This document shows positions 9,183-22,455 of a stretch of DNA of 64,000 nucleotides, piece after piece; positions within the stretch are counted from its first letter, which is position 1, and every line of letters begins with the position of its first letter. The position numbers and the translations under genes were made by a program. The DNA comes from an uncultured Halothiobacillus sp. (lineage in GTDB: Bacteria > Pseudomonadota > Gammaproteobacteria > Halothiobacillales > Halothiobacillaceae): positions 543-64,542 of the forward strand of contig CAYOCG010000007.1 of the NCBI GenBank assembly GCA_964402435.1, given 5' to 3'. The notes beneath the pieces are model-generated. The model saw only the letters and a program-made list of their open reading frames with translations. It did no database searches and was not told where the DNA came from.

Positions 9183-9784
9183 GTACGCAGGATCGCGATG
9201 CGCGCCACAAAGCACGCATGGCGCGTAAAAAAGCACTGATCGACGCCGCGATTGCGCAACATGACAAGGAGCAAGGCGTGCTGCTGGTGCTCACCGGCAA
9301 TGGCAAGGGCAAATCCACCTCCGCCTTCGGCATGGTGGGGCGCGCGCTGGGTCATGGTCTGCGCGTGGGCGTGTGCCAGTTCATCAAAAGCCGCACCGAC
9401 ACGGGGGAGGAAGCCTTTTTCGGCGCCCACCCCGCCTGCGACTGGCACGTGCTCGGCGATGGCTTCACCTGGGACACCCAGGATCGCCAGCAGGACATCG
9501 CCACCGCCGAGCGCGGCTGGGCCGTGGCCGAAGCCATGCTGCGCGATGCACGCTGCAACCTAGTGGTGCTGGATGAGCTGACCTACTTGCTCAGCTACCA
9601 CTACATCGACGCCGATCGCGTGCTCGATGCCTTGGCGCATCGCCCGGCCATGCAGCATGTTGTGGTGACCGGCCGCGGTGCCATTCCCTCCTTACTGGAA
9701 CTCGCCGACACCGTGACCGAGATGCAGGATGTCAAACATGCCTATCGCGCAGGCATCAAGGCGCAGCATGGTGTGGATTTCTAA
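9179..9784 (+). CDS. cobO: cob(I)yrinic acid a,c-diamide adenosyltransferase
   Basis: P-loop LTGNGKGKSTSAFG and VVLDELTY. ATGA overlap with the btuB stop. Confidence 0.9.
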   Translation: MSTQDRDARHKARMARKKALIDAAIAQHDKEQGVLLVLTGNGKGKSTSAFGMVGRALGHGLRVGVCQFIKSRTDTGEEAFFGAHPACDWHVLGDGFTWDTQDRQQDIATAERGWAVAEAMLRDARCNLVVLDELTYLLSYHYIDADRVLDALAHRPAMQHVVVTGRGAIPSLLELADTVTEMQDVKHAYRAGIKAQHGVDF

Positions 9785-10598
9785 ATTCTTCAGCCTGTGC
9801 CTCGCCCTGGTGCTGGCGAATCTTGCCCAAGCTGACCCTACCAAGCGCATCATCAGCCTCACGCCGCATCTTACCGAGATGCTCTTTGCCATCGGTGCCG
9901 GTGGGCAAATCGTGGGCGTGGTCAATCGCACCGACTACCCCCCGGAGGCTAATACACTGCCCTCGGTGGGTGACTACAACCTGCCCGACGTGGAAAAGAT
10001 CCTCGCCCTCAAGCCGGATCTGATCCTCGCCTGGCAGGGCGGCGTGCCGGCACAGGTGGTCGAGCGCCTACGCCAGCTCGGATTGCGCGTGGAGTGGACG
10101 CAAGGTGAGCGTCTCAGCGATGTACCCCGCACGCTGCGTCAATTGGGTGCATGGAGCGGGCACACCGCCGAGGGCGAAGAGCAGGCCAGCCGTTTTGAGC
10201 AGGCGCTGGCCAGCGAAGCGGCGCGTCATGCCGGCAAGCGCATGGTCAGCGGGTTGTACGAAATCTGGCCGCAACCGTTGATGACCGTCAGCGATCGCCA
10301 TTTCATTGCCGAAGCCATGCGCATCTGCGGCATCCGCAATATTGCCGGCGAACACCTCACCCTCACCCCCAACCTCAACGAAGAGGAGGTCTTGCGCGCC
10401 AGGCCTGAGCTTTTGCTCGCCTCCCCACCGGCACGCGATTTCCAGCGCTGGCGCCGTTTTGCCGATCTGCCCGCCGTGCGCCACAACCTGCTGATCGTGC
10501 TCCCCGCCGATGTGCTCGTGCGCCCGGGGCCTCGCCTGATCGAAGGTGTGCACGCCTTGTGTGCGGCCGCTGAGCAGGCAAGAAAGGTCATGCCCTAG
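9768..10598 (+). CDS. btuF: periplasmic cobalamin-binding protein BtuF-like
   Basis: Signal peptide MVWISKFFSLCLALVLANLAQA, then RIISLTPHLTEMLFAIGAGGQIVGV and KPDLILAW, typical of BtuF/FecB-type binding proteins. Confidence 0.75.
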   Translation: MVWISKFFSLCLALVLANLAQADPTKRIISLTPHLTEMLFAIGAGGQIVGVVNRTDYPPEANTLPSVGDYNLPDVEKILALKPDLILAWQGGVPAQVVERLRQLGLRVEWTQGERLSDVPRTLRQLGAWSGHTAEGEEQASRFEQALASEAARHAGKRMVSGLYEIWPQPLMTVSDRHFIAEAMRICGIRNIAGEHLTLTPNLNEEEVLRARPELLLASPPARDFQRWRRFADLPAVRHNLLIVLPADVLVRPGPRLIEGVHALCAAAEQARKVMP

Positions 10599-10635
10599 CT
10601 ACTGCATGGGTGCAGTGCCGTCGCACTGTGGCTAA

Positions 10636-11622
<987 letters not shown>

Positions 11623-11626
11623 CCCT

Positions 11627-11944
11627 TTGGATACCGGCGCGGCGCTGACCATCGCCTTACTGGCCGTGTTGCTCGGCCAGGTCTGGGCGGCGCAGGTGCG
11701 GCTGGAAGGACAACTGCGCTGGCAAAGCGCCCTGCTCTTGCTCAGTGCCATGATACTGCCGGCGGCGATCCTGCTGTTTGGCGATACGCACGAGGGCTTC
11801 GGGCTGGCCGCCGGCTTTCTGGCGGTGATGTTTTCCAGCGCCTCCGGGCTGGGCGCCCTGCTCTGGCTGTATCGCATCGAAAAAATCGAGCGCACACGCG
11901 CCGAAACGACGCCACCGACCCCACCGGCAGATACGCATGGATGA
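11627..11944 (+). CDS. small hydrophobic membrane protein (about 105 aa, putative TTG start)
   Basis: Only the part of ORF 11468..11944 downstream of the trxB stop is plausible. It has about 3 predicted TM helices, and its stop overlaps the ATG of the next gene (ATGGATGA). The start codon is uncertain. Confidence 0.35.
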   Translation: MDTGAALTIALLAVLLGQVWAAQVRLEGQLRWQSALLLLSAMILPAAILLFGDTHEGFGLAAGFLAVMFSSASGLGALLWLYRIEKIERTRAETTPPTPPADTHG

Positions 11945-13301
11945 TCTGAATATTGGCCTGGCACTTGCCGGGGTCTTCATGCTTATCGGCCTGCAACGTA
12001 TGACCCAGCGTCGTGCAGCTTTTGCGTGGATGGCCAGTGGTTTTGCTGCGGCAACGCTGGTGCCGCTACTGGTTGGCGGCGGCGAGCATCAGGCGCTGAC
12101 CTTGGCTGCGGTGGCGCTTGGCTTGGGCCTGGCACTGATTCTCGGCCTGCTTTCCAGCCTGAGTGAACTTCCTGCACGGCTCGCCTTGCTGCATGGCTTG
12201 AGCGGGGCAGCGGTGGCACTGGTTGGCAGCCTCGCCTTACTGGAGCAGGTGCTTGAACCCGGGCTAGCGCTTGGACTGGCCATGCTCAGCCTGCTGCTCG
12301 GGGCGTTTGCCGCTGCCGGCGCGGCGGTGGCGCATTTACGCTTAAGTCACGTGTTACCGCGCGTATTACGCCATGCAGCTCAATCCTGGGTGGGGGTGGC
12401 GCTGTTGCTCTCCACCTTGGGACTGGGAATTGCGCTGGCCATCGATGTCGTGCCCGAACCGAGTTTTTGGCTGTGGGTTTTCTTTACCCTGGCGGCTCTA
12501 TCTGGCATCGTTTTCAGCCTGCCGTTGGCCGAACGCGAGGCTCCGCTGGCCGCCTCCTGGCTCGGCGTGCTCACCGGCCTGAGCCTTGCGCTGCTGGGCG
12601 TGGCGCTGGAACTCGCCCCTCTGCTCGCCAGCGGCGTGCTTACCGCGGCATTGACCCTGATGCTCAGCGCGGAGCTTGGGCGTCGAGTCGGCACGCCGCT
12701 TTCGCGCTTGCTGTGGGGCGCGCCAGTCAATGCTCAGGCGGAGCATGCAACGGCTCAGCCACTGCCACACGCCATTGATTTCGATGGCGTGGTGAGTGCG
12801 CTGCGTCAGCAACGCGAGGTATTGATCATTCCCGGTTTCGGCTGCATTGCCGCCGAAGCATGTGGGGAGGTGCTCCGCCTCTGTACGCTGCTGCACACGC
12901 AGGGCTGTCGTGTTCACCTGCTTGCCCATCCATTGGCTGGGCGGCTGCCTGGACAACTGACCTTGATGTTGCGTGAAGCGGGTGCAAGCGAACCGTTACT
13001 CATCGAACACTGGCCCGACGATCAGCCCGTACCCGCACTGACCCTGAGCATTGGCGCACATGATTTGATCGACCCCGAACGCAGCGGCCTGGGGTTACCC
13101 GATCTCAGGCTCAATACCCTGCAGCCCGATGCGCGAGTGGTACTCATGCTCACGCAGCCACACGGCTTCAGCGGCGCCCTCAACCCCCTGCTGTTCGACC
13201 CTCATGTACGCCTGCTGCAAGCGGATGCGCGCGAGGGTCTGCAGCAAATCAACCAACGTCTTCTGACTTTGGCCGATCCAGCTGAAACGGCGTCAAACTG
13301 A
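11937..13301 (+). CDS. divergent NAD(P) transhydrogenase beta-subunit (PntB)-like membrane protein
   Basis: Multi-TM N-terminus with LLHGLSG (compare PntB ILHSFVG). The C-terminal dIII-like domain has IIPGFGCIAAEA, HPLAGRLPGQ, IGAHDLIDP and GFSGALNPLLF, aligning with E. coli PntB motifs. Confidence 0.7.
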   Translation: MDDLNIGLALAGVFMLIGLQRMTQRRAAFAWMASGFAAATLVPLLVGGGEHQALTLAAVALGLGLALILGLLSSLSELPARLALLHGLSGAAVALVGSLALLEQVLEPGLALGLAMLSLLLGAFAAAGAAVAHLRLSHVLPRVLRHAAQSWVGVALLLSTLGLGIALAIDVVPEPSFWLWVFFTLAALSGIVFSLPLAEREAPLAASWLGVLTGLSLALLGVALELAPLLASGVLTAALTLMLSAELGRRVGTPLSRLLWGAPVNAQAEHATAQPLPHAIDFDGVVSALRQQREVLIIPGFGCIAAEACGEVLRLCTLLHTQGCRVHLLAHPLAGRLPGQLTLMLREAGASEPLLIEHWPDDQPVPALTLSIGAHDLIDPERSGLGLPDLRLNTLQPDARVVLMLTQPHGFSGALNPLLFDPHVRLLQADAREGLQQINQRLLTLADPAETASN

Positions 13302-13887
13302 TTTCATCCAGCGAGAGACGAAACGCGGGGGCATAACGCTGCATGAACATCCCCACTGCCGGCACTTCGGCCTGCAACTGTTCGATTTTCTCCTTGAGTG
13401 TGCGCTCGGCATGCACAAACTCGCGGTTGCCGCCCTGGGTTTCCTCCACACATTTCAAATAGCCGGCAATGCTATCTGCGGCTTTGATCAAGCCACGTTC
13501 GGCCTCACTCACGCGCTGACTGTCGAGCAACGGCGCATAATCCTCGCGCAAATCCTGCGGCAGAAGTTCGAGCAAACGCTGTTCCGCCTGCTGCTCCAGC
13601 GATTTATATGCTAATCGCATGTTGGGGTTGCCGTATTTCACCGGCGTGGGCAGATCACCGGTGAGAATCTCACTGGCATCATGAAAAATACCAAGCAAAG
13701 CAATCCGTTCGGCATTGAAATCGCCTCCATAATGCCGGTTACTGATCAAGGCCAGTGCATGCGCAATCACCGCCACTTGCAAGCTGTGCTCCTGCACGTT
13801 CTCAGCACGTGTATTGCGCATCAAACCCCAACGCTGGATCAGGCGCATGCGCGCGAGCATGGCAAAAAAAGGGCTGGTGTCAGACAT
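13249..13887 (-). CDS. yfbR: 5'-deoxynucleotidase, HD-domain (YfbR family)
   Basis: FFAMLARMRLIQRWGLMRNTRAENVQEHSLQVA and HD motif IFHDASEILTGDLPTP. Confidence 0.85.
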   Translation of the reverse strand: MSDTSPFFAMLARMRLIQRWGLMRNTRAENVQEHSLQVAVIAHALALISNRHYGGDFNAERIALLGIFHDASEILTGDLPTPVKYGNPNMRLAYKSLEQQAEQRLLELLPQDLREDYAPLLDSQRVSEAERGLIKAADSIAGYLKCVEETQGGNREFVHAERTLKEKIEQLQAEVPAVGMFMQRYAPAFRLSLDEISLTPFQLDRPKSEDVG

Positions 13888-15349
13888 GATGCTGCTTCAC
13901 ACGTTGGTAATGCGGGCGCAGTTCTTCACACAACGCCACGGCGTAGGAATCGGTCATGCCGGCAATCATATCGCTGAGCAGTTGCGCTTCGCGATAGCGC
14001 AAGGGCATGGTATTACGCGGCGACTCGAACACTCGGCGATAGTTTTCCGAGATACGGCCATAGGCATAGGCTGCAAACGGTGTACGTCGCGGCGCATCCG
14101 CCGGCGAGCCCGCGTCACGATCGGTGATGGCAAACCAAAGCATGTCCATCAGCTCATGAATCACTTCAAACCCGTGCAATTCAACCTCAAGCACACGCGG
14201 GTGACGATACACATGCCGCTGATTGAATTGACGTAAGGCAGAGATAAACACCTTGGCAGATGAGACACCCAGCAACTCATCGTGGAACGCACCACTCAAA
14301 ATCACGGCCTGGTTGCGTAACCAGGCGTCTGTTAGGGCACGCATCAAGACACCGATCGCGCGAATGCGGAACACTTGCATGGAAATATCGTTCAACTCAT
14401 TGGGTGAAAGTCCGACTTCACGATATTCGAGGTGTTCGCGCTCCGCCTCATTACACACCCATTGCACTGTAACGTCATCACCCGCGGCATGGCGCAGAAA
14501 GGCAAGAATGTCGGCGAACGACACCAAACGCTTCTTCACCGCATCCTCCGCATCCAACACGCAATAGGCGATGTCATCGCATGCTTCGAGCACAAACGTC
14601 AGCGGATGGCGCTGCCTTGGCGACAATCCCGACGCCCGCCATACCTCCTCCACCAATGCCGCCTCCGACTGAAAGAAGCCGTGCTTGCGATTCACCGCAC
14701 GGCTTCGATCCACTTGATCCGAGGCCACAGGATATTTCAGCAGACCGGCGAGCGTGGCATAGGTCAAATTCAAACCGAAATCATCATTGATGATTTGCAA
14801 CTTGGTGAGCAGACGCAGGGTTTGCGCATTGCCTTCAAAGCGCAGGAAGTCTTGGCGCATGGCTTCGCTCAGGCCATATTCGGGGGCAAAAATCCGCTCT
14901 GCGTGCAGAGAAAACCAATCCTGCATGGCGCGCTCGCCTTGATGCCCAAACGGCGGATTGCCCAAGTCATGTGCAAGCCCCAAGGTTGCGAGCAGGGCGG
15001 GCAGATCACGCATGGCATGAGGATGACTGCTGGCCACAGCATGATTGAATACAAGATCAATACCTGCCGCGCGCGCCAGATTAGCCACTTCATGCGAGTG
15101 CGTCAGGCGGGTGCGCACGACATCATTGCGCTCCAGTGGAAAGACTTGGGTTTTATCTGCCATGCGGCGCACAGGTGCCGCATAGAGAATGCGGTCATAG
15201 TCGCGTTCGATCTCACTGCGCACCAGCCCCGTTGGGGTCTGTAAAGGGAGTTGTTGAGCGGCGGCATTTTTCCAACCAAGCTCTTTGGCAGTCGACGGTG
15301 AGCTTGCACGTCGCCGCGCAGTATTCAGCAATGTTGTCCAAGCCATCAT
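13880..15349 (-). CDS. dgt: dGTP triphosphohydrolase-like HD-domain protein
   Basis: ERDYDRILYAAPVRRMADKTQVFPL, RLTHSHEVANLAR and HDLGNPPFGH. Start set at MMAWTTLLNTARRR. 8-nt overlap with the yfbR start. Confidence 0.85.
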   Translation of the reverse strand: MMAWTTLLNTARRRASSPSTAKELGWKNAAAQQLPLQTPTGLVRSEIERDYDRILYAAPVRRMADKTQVFPLERNDVVRTRLTHSHEVANLARAAGIDLVFNHAVASSHPHAMRDLPALLATLGLAHDLGNPPFGHQGERAMQDWFSLHAERIFAPEYGLSEAMRQDFLRFEGNAQTLRLLTKLQIINDDFGLNLTYATLAGLLKYPVASDQVDRSRAVNRKHGFFQSEAALVEEVWRASGLSPRQRHPLTFVLEACDDIAYCVLDAEDAVKKRLVSFADILAFLRHAAGDDVTVQWVCNEAEREHLEYREVGLSPNELNDISMQVFRIRAIGVLMRALTDAWLRNQAVILSGAFHDELLGVSSAKVFISALRQFNQRHVYRHPRVLEVELHGFEVIHELMDMLWFAITDRDAGSPADAPRRTPFAAYAYGRISENYRRVFESPRNTMPLRYREAQLLSDMIAGMTDSYAVALCEELRPHYQRVKQHHV

Positions 15350-15391
15350 GTCACCCAGCAAAACACAAGCCAACGTTGTAAGTATTTTCCA

Positions 15392-15414
15392 TAAAAAAAG
15401 GAGGCCGAAGCCTC
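15392..15414 (-). terminator. Rho-independent terminator of the atp operon
   Basis: Read on the minus strand: GGAGGC-TTCG-GCCTCC hairpin followed by T7, 29 nt downstream of the atpC stop. Confidence 0.7.
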
Positions 15415-15442
15415 CTCTTCTCAATACGACACGTGCGCAAAC

Positions 15443-15883
15443 TCACTGCGAAATGTGCGAGCTCGTACCACGAATCTGGTGAATCCAGCGCAAACGCTCT
15501 TCACTCTCCACCGCACCGCGCAAACGGAAGTAATCCGTCTCGCGCGTGCCGATCTCGACGCGCGACTCAAGTGCCTTGAGACGCGCTTCCTCTTCAGCCA
15601 GCTCCAGTGCGCGAGCGTCTTCTTCACGCAGCGCACTATCGGCCAGAATGGTGATGGCATTCGGCTGAACTTCAAGCACACCACCTGAGACAAAGAAGTG
15701 AGAAACTTCACCCTTGTCGTTGGTCACTCGCACCTCACCCGCCTTCAGCTCTGAAAGCAGTTGGGTGTGACGTGGGTAAATCCCCAGTTCACCCATCACG
15801 GTGGGCACAACGACAAATGTCGCCTCACCACCCATCACGTTCTGGTCTGCGCTGACGATATCCACACGGACAGTCATGGCCAT
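15443..15883 (-). CDS. atpC: F1 ATP synthase epsilon subunit
   Basis: 146 aa, N-terminal VDIVSADQNVMGGEATFVVVPTVMGELGIYPRH. Last gene of the atp operon. Confidence 0.9.
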   Translation of the reverse strand: MAMTVRVDIVSADQNVMGGEATFVVVPTVMGELGIYPRHTQLLSELKAGEVRVTNDKGEVSHFFVSGGVLEVQPNAITILADSALREEDARALELAEEEARLKALESRVEIGTRETDYFRLRGAVESEERLRWIHQIRGTSSHISQ

Positions 15884-15901
15884 AACAGCCTCCTCAGTAT
15901 C

Positions 15902-17308
<1,407 letters not shown>

Positions 17309-17322
17309 TTAGAATTCACGCA

Positions 17323-18186
17323 TCAACCGACCGCAGCCGCACCGCCGACAATCTCTGCAATTTCCTGGGTAATCGCCGCTTGACGTGCCTTGTTGTACTT
17401 CAGCTTCAGCTCACGGATCAAACCACCGGCATTGTCCGAAGCATTCTTCATTGCAATGCGACGCGCGGACATCTCGCAGGCAACATTTTCAATCGTTGCC
17501 TGGTGGACGCTGGACGCTACAAAACGCTTGAGCAAAAGATCGAGCACGTCCTTAGCATCCGGCTCATACACGTAATCCCAGTGATGTTGCTTGGTTTCGA
17601 GCTCATCACGTGCAATCGGCAGAACGCGGGACAGATCCGGTTTCTGGGTCATGCTGTTAACAAATTCGTTACGCGCAACCCATACCTCATCAACACGCCC
17701 CGCCTCAAAGGAATCCAGCAGTGTCTTCACTGCCGCTTGCACTTTGAGAAAGCGCGGCCGATCGCCCAAGCCGCTGATTTGCGCCACTGGATTGAATGCA
17801 CCGCGTTTTACAAACGCTGCACCCTTCGCACCAATCACACACACATCGATTTCAATGTTGCTCTCAGACCATGCCTGCATGGAGCGCAGGACGGTACGAA
17901 AGAGGTTGACATTGAGTCCGCCGCACAAGCCGCGATCGGTGGTGATGAGAATCAAGCCGACGCGCTTCACCGGACGCGCCACCATAAACGGGTGCGTGTA
18001 TTCGGGATGCGCTTTGCTCAGGTTTGCGATTACCGCACGAATCTTGTCCAGATAGGGTCGTGTCGCCTGCATGTTTTCTTGAGCTTTACGCATTTTGCTC
18101 GCCGCCACCATTTCCATGGCTTTGGTGATCTTGCGCGTATTTTGGACGCTCTTGATCTGCGTGCGAATCTCTTTCGTGCCGGCCAT
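17323..18186 (-). CDS. atpG: F1 ATP synthase gamma subunit
   Basis: MAGTKEIRTQIKSVQNTRKITKAMEMVAASKMRKAQ and C-terminal ITQEIAEIVGGAAA. Confidence 0.95.
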   Translation of the reverse strand: MAGTKEIRTQIKSVQNTRKITKAMEMVAASKMRKAQENMQATRPYLDKIRAVIANLSKAHPEYTHPFMVARPVKRVGLILITTDRGLCGGLNVNLFRTVLRSMQAWSESNIEIDVCVIGAKGAAFVKRGAFNPVAQISGLGDRPRFLKVQAAVKTLLDSFEAGRVDEVWVARNEFVNSMTQKPDLSRVLPIARDELETKQHHWDYVYEPDAKDVLDLLLKRFVASSVHQATIENVACEMSARRIAMKNASDNAGGLIRELKLKYNKARQAAITQEIAEIVGGAAAVG

Positions 18187-18200
18187 AACAGTTGCCTCTC

Positions 18201-19739
18201 TTACCAGACACCGTTGGCTTTGAAGGCCTGGAGGGTCTTCTTCAGTCCAGCGGTAATGTCGTCATTGAGGTTGCCGTTATTGCCGATCGCATCGAGCAGA
18301 TCCTTGGCATGGCTGTGCGCGTAATTGTGCAGGGCCGTTTCAAAGGCCACGATATTGGAAACTTCCACATCGTCGAGATAGCCCTCGTTGGCCGCGTAGA
18401 GCGACAGCGCCATCTCACCCACGGACAGCGGCTTGAATTGAGCCTGCTTCATGAGTTCAGTGACGCGCTTGCCGCGTTCAAGTTGCTTACGGGTCGCCTC
18501 ATCCAGATCAGAAGCAAACTGCGAGAACGCAGCCAGTTCACGATACTGAGCAAGGTCGGTACGGATGCCACCGGCGAACTTCTTGATGATCTTGGTCTGT
18601 GCAGCACCACCCACGCGCGATACCGAGATACCAGGGTTGATCGCAGGACGGATACCTGAGTTGAACAGATCGGTTTCAAGGAAGATCTGACCGTCGGTGA
18701 TCGAGATCACGTTGGTCGGAACGAAGGCAGAAACGTCACCACCCTGAGTTTCGATGATCGGCAGTGCCGTCAGCGAACCCGTCTGCCCCTTCACCTCACC
18801 ATTGGTGAACTTTTCCACGTAATCCGCGTTGACACGTGATGCACGCTCCAACAGACGCGAGTGCAGGTAGAAGACATCACCCGGATAAGCTTCACGACCC
18901 GGCGGACGGCGCAGCAACAGGGAGATCTGACGGTAGGCCCAAGCCTGCTTGGTCAGGTCATCATAAACAATCAGCGCATCCATGCCGCGGTCACGGAAGA
19001 ACTCGCCCATGGTGCAACCAGAGTAAGCAGCCAGGTACTGCATGGAAGCAGGATCGGAGGCACCTGCGGCAACCACGATGGTGTATTCCATCGCGCCGTT
19101 TTCTTCGAGCTTGCGCACGATGTTGGCGATGGTGGATGCCTTTTGACCGATGGCGACATAGACGCAATACACGCCCTTGCCTTTCTGGTTGATGATGGTG
19201 TCAATGGCAACCGCTGTTTTACCTGTTTGACGGTCACCAATGATCAACTCCCGCTGGCCGCGACCGATGGGAACCATCGCATCCAGTGCCTTGATACCGG
19301 TGAGGAGGGGCTGATCAACCGATTTACGGTCAATGACACCCGGGGCGATGACTTCAATCGGCGCAGTCAGTTTTGCGCCGATCTCGCCTTTGCCGTCAAC
19401 TGGGCGGCCGAGAGTATCCACCACTCGACCGAGCAGTTCTTTACCGATGGGCACTTCCAAAATGCGACCGGTGCACTTGGCAACATCACCCTCTTTCAGA
19501 CCGAGGTAATCCCCCAGAACGATCGCACCGACGCTATCGCTTTCCAGGTTCATGGCCACACCGAAGGTGTTGCCGGGGAACTCGATCATCTCACCCATCA
19601 TGACATCGGTGAGACCATGAATACGCACGATACCGTCGCTCACGCTGACGACCGTGCCTACAGTGCGCGCATCCGCACCAACTTCAAAACTTTCAATCCG
19701 CTGTTTGATCAGGGAACTGATTTCAGAAGGATTAATCAT
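18201..19739 (-). CDS. atpA: F1 ATP synthase alpha subunit
   Basis: Walker [16 protein letters not shown]; 512 aa. Confidence 0.97.
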   Translation of the reverse strand: MINPSEISSLIKQRIESFEVGADARTVGTVVSVSDGIVRIHGLTDVMMGEMIEFPGNTFGVAMNLESDSVGAIVLGDYLGLKEGDVAKCTGRILEVPIGKELLGRVVDTLGRPVDGKGEIGAKLTAPIEVIAPGVIDRKSVDQPLLTGIKALDAMVPIGRGQRELIIGDRQTGKTAVAIDTIINQKGKGVYCVYVAIGQKASTIANIVRKLEENGAMEYTIVVAAGASDPASMQYLAAYSGCTMGEFFRDRGMDALIVYDDLTKQAWAYRQISLLLRRPPGREAYPGDVFYLHSRLLERASRVNADYVEKFTNGEVKGQTGSLTALPIIETQGGDVSAFVPTNVISITDGQIFLETDLFNSGIRPAINPGISVSRVGGAAQTKIIKKFAGGIRTDLAQYRELAAFSQFASDLDEATRKQLERGKRVTELMKQAQFKPLSVGEMALSLYAANEGYLDDVEVSNIVAFETALHNYAHSHAKDLLDAIGNNGNLNDDITAGLKKTLQAFKANGVW

Positions 19740-19751
19740 GAAAATAACTCC

Positions 19752-20288
19752 TTAGCGGACCACGGCATTCGCCAGGCCCTGTAGGCGACCCCGAATTGAC
19801 CCATCGATAACTAAATCCCCGGCGTACACCACAGCGCCGCCAATCAGGGATGCATCAACTTCGTTTTCAAGCGTAATGATCTTGCCAAGACGTCTGCCCA
19901 AAGCAGAGGCCAGCTGAATCTTTTCTTGCTCATTGAGCGCAAGCGCCGAAATCACGCGTACGTCCATCTTGCCTTCAGCGTCTTGAGCCAGAGCTGAAAA
20001 CTCTTCGGCAATCAGCGGCACGATCTCCATACGGCCATTTTCAGCGAGCAGACGAACCAAGTTCTCTGCTTGCGGCGTCAGTTGCCCCGACGCCACTTTG
20101 AGAACCAGCTCTGCAATACGCAGGTGGCCGATGGCAGGGGAAGCAATGAGGCGAGACATATCACTGTCCTGCACCACTGCGGCAAGAAAGTTCAGCATTT
20201 CCGACCACTTGGTGCGCTCGGCTGCTGTATGCGTCACTTCAAAGCAAGCGCGAGCATAAGCTCGTGCCGTTTTGGCATGCTCGGACAT
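19752..20288 (-). CDS. atpH: F1 ATP synthase delta subunit
   Basis: 178 aa, OSCP-like, positioned between atpF and atpA. Confidence 0.9.
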   Translation of the reverse strand: MSEHAKTARAYARACFEVTHTAAERTKWSEMLNFLAAVVQDSDMSRLIASPAIGHLRIAELVLKVASGQLTPQAENLVRLLAENGRMEIVPLIAEEFSALAQDAEGKMDVRVISALALNEQEKIQLASALGRRLGKIITLENEVDASLIGGAVVYAGDLVIDGSIRGRLQGLANAVVR

Positions 20289-20299
20289 GAAACGCCCCC

Positions 20300-20770
20300 T
20301 TAAATGCGTGCCACGAGGTCCGCAATCGACGCCTCGTGTGCTTTGGCATCGACTTCACGTTGCAGGATGCGCTCAGCACCCGCGACCGCGAGAACGGACA
20401 CTTGCTTGGCGAGATCCTGCTTGGCGCGTTCGACTTCACGGCCAATTTCGGCCTGAGCACCCGCCAGAACACGCTCGGCCTCAGCCTTGGCCGCATTGCG
20501 CGCTTCATCTTGAATCTCGGCGCTGCGTGCATTGGCTTGAGCCAACAACTCAGCAGCCTTTTCCTTGGCTTCCTTGATGACTTGTACCGCGCGCTCTTCA
20601 GCCAGCTTGAGCTCATGCTTTCCGCGCTCGGATGCAGACAGGCCATCAGCAATGCGCTGACGACGTGCTTCCATCAAGCCGGAAAGAGGAGCCCACAGAA
20701 ATCTGTTCACCAACCAGATCATCGCAACAAAGGCGATCATCTGAGCGAACAAGGTCACTGTAATATTCAC
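20300..20770 (-). CDS. atpF: Fo ATP synthase b subunit
   Basis: N-terminal TM helix followed by a long charged Ala/Glu/Arg-rich helix; 156 aa. Confidence 0.9.
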   Translation of the reverse strand: MNITVTLFAQMIAFVAMIWLVNRFLWAPLSGLMEARRQRIADGLSASERGKHELKLAEERAVQVIKEAKEKAAELLAQANARSAEIQDEARNAAKAEAERVLAGAQAEIGREVERAKQDLAKQVSVLAVAGAERILQREVDAKAHEASIADLVARI

Positions 20771-20836
20771 GACTTCCTACCTCCGCGAGTACGTTTTACG
20801 ACGTGATGCACATCGCAACGCACGCTGTCCTCTGTA

Positions 20837-21142
<306 letters not shown>

Positions 21143-21184
21143 TTACGGATTTAAGTTGAGGGTTGAATGAGAAAGGTTGAAAGG

Positions 21185-22042
<858 letters not shown>

Positions 22043-22095
22043 TCAGCAGAACCCGGCTTGTGGCCGAGCCTCAAAAATCTTGTTGCTCTACGCAC

Positions 22096-22455
22096 TCATC
22101 TCCGTGCGAGTGCCAGAAACCCTAGTTGCGCCAATACAAACCCGGCAAGCATAGGATGCGGCGAGAACTTGAGCAAGCCAAAACCGACAGCCAATAATGC
22201 GATGAGCAAAAAAAACCGGATCACCGCACCCACATACAAGATCAGCATCCCAGCCTTGGGGTCGGTCAAGGCTCGCGCTTCAGCCTTGCGCACCCCGCGC
22301 TTGTGCAACCAGGCAAGCAACATACTCACCACACCGCCAAAGACAACTGCGAGGGCGTCTGCCGCCCCGGAATATAATCCCCACCCTACCGCCAAGGCAG
22401 CGGTTAAAACTGCCTGCACCAGTAGAAGGCGGCGCGCCAGCACATCAACCTTCAT
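22096..22455 (-). CDS. atpI: ATP synthase protein I
   Basis: About 119 aa, hydrophobic, directly upstream of atpB. Start set at MKVDVLARR. Confidence 0.7.
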   Translation of the reverse strand: MKVDVLARRLLLVQAVLTAALAVGWGLYSGAADALAVVFGGVVSMLLAWLHKRGVRKAEARALTDPKAGMLILYVGAVIRFFLLIALLAVGFGLLKFSPHPMLAGFVLAQLGFLALARR

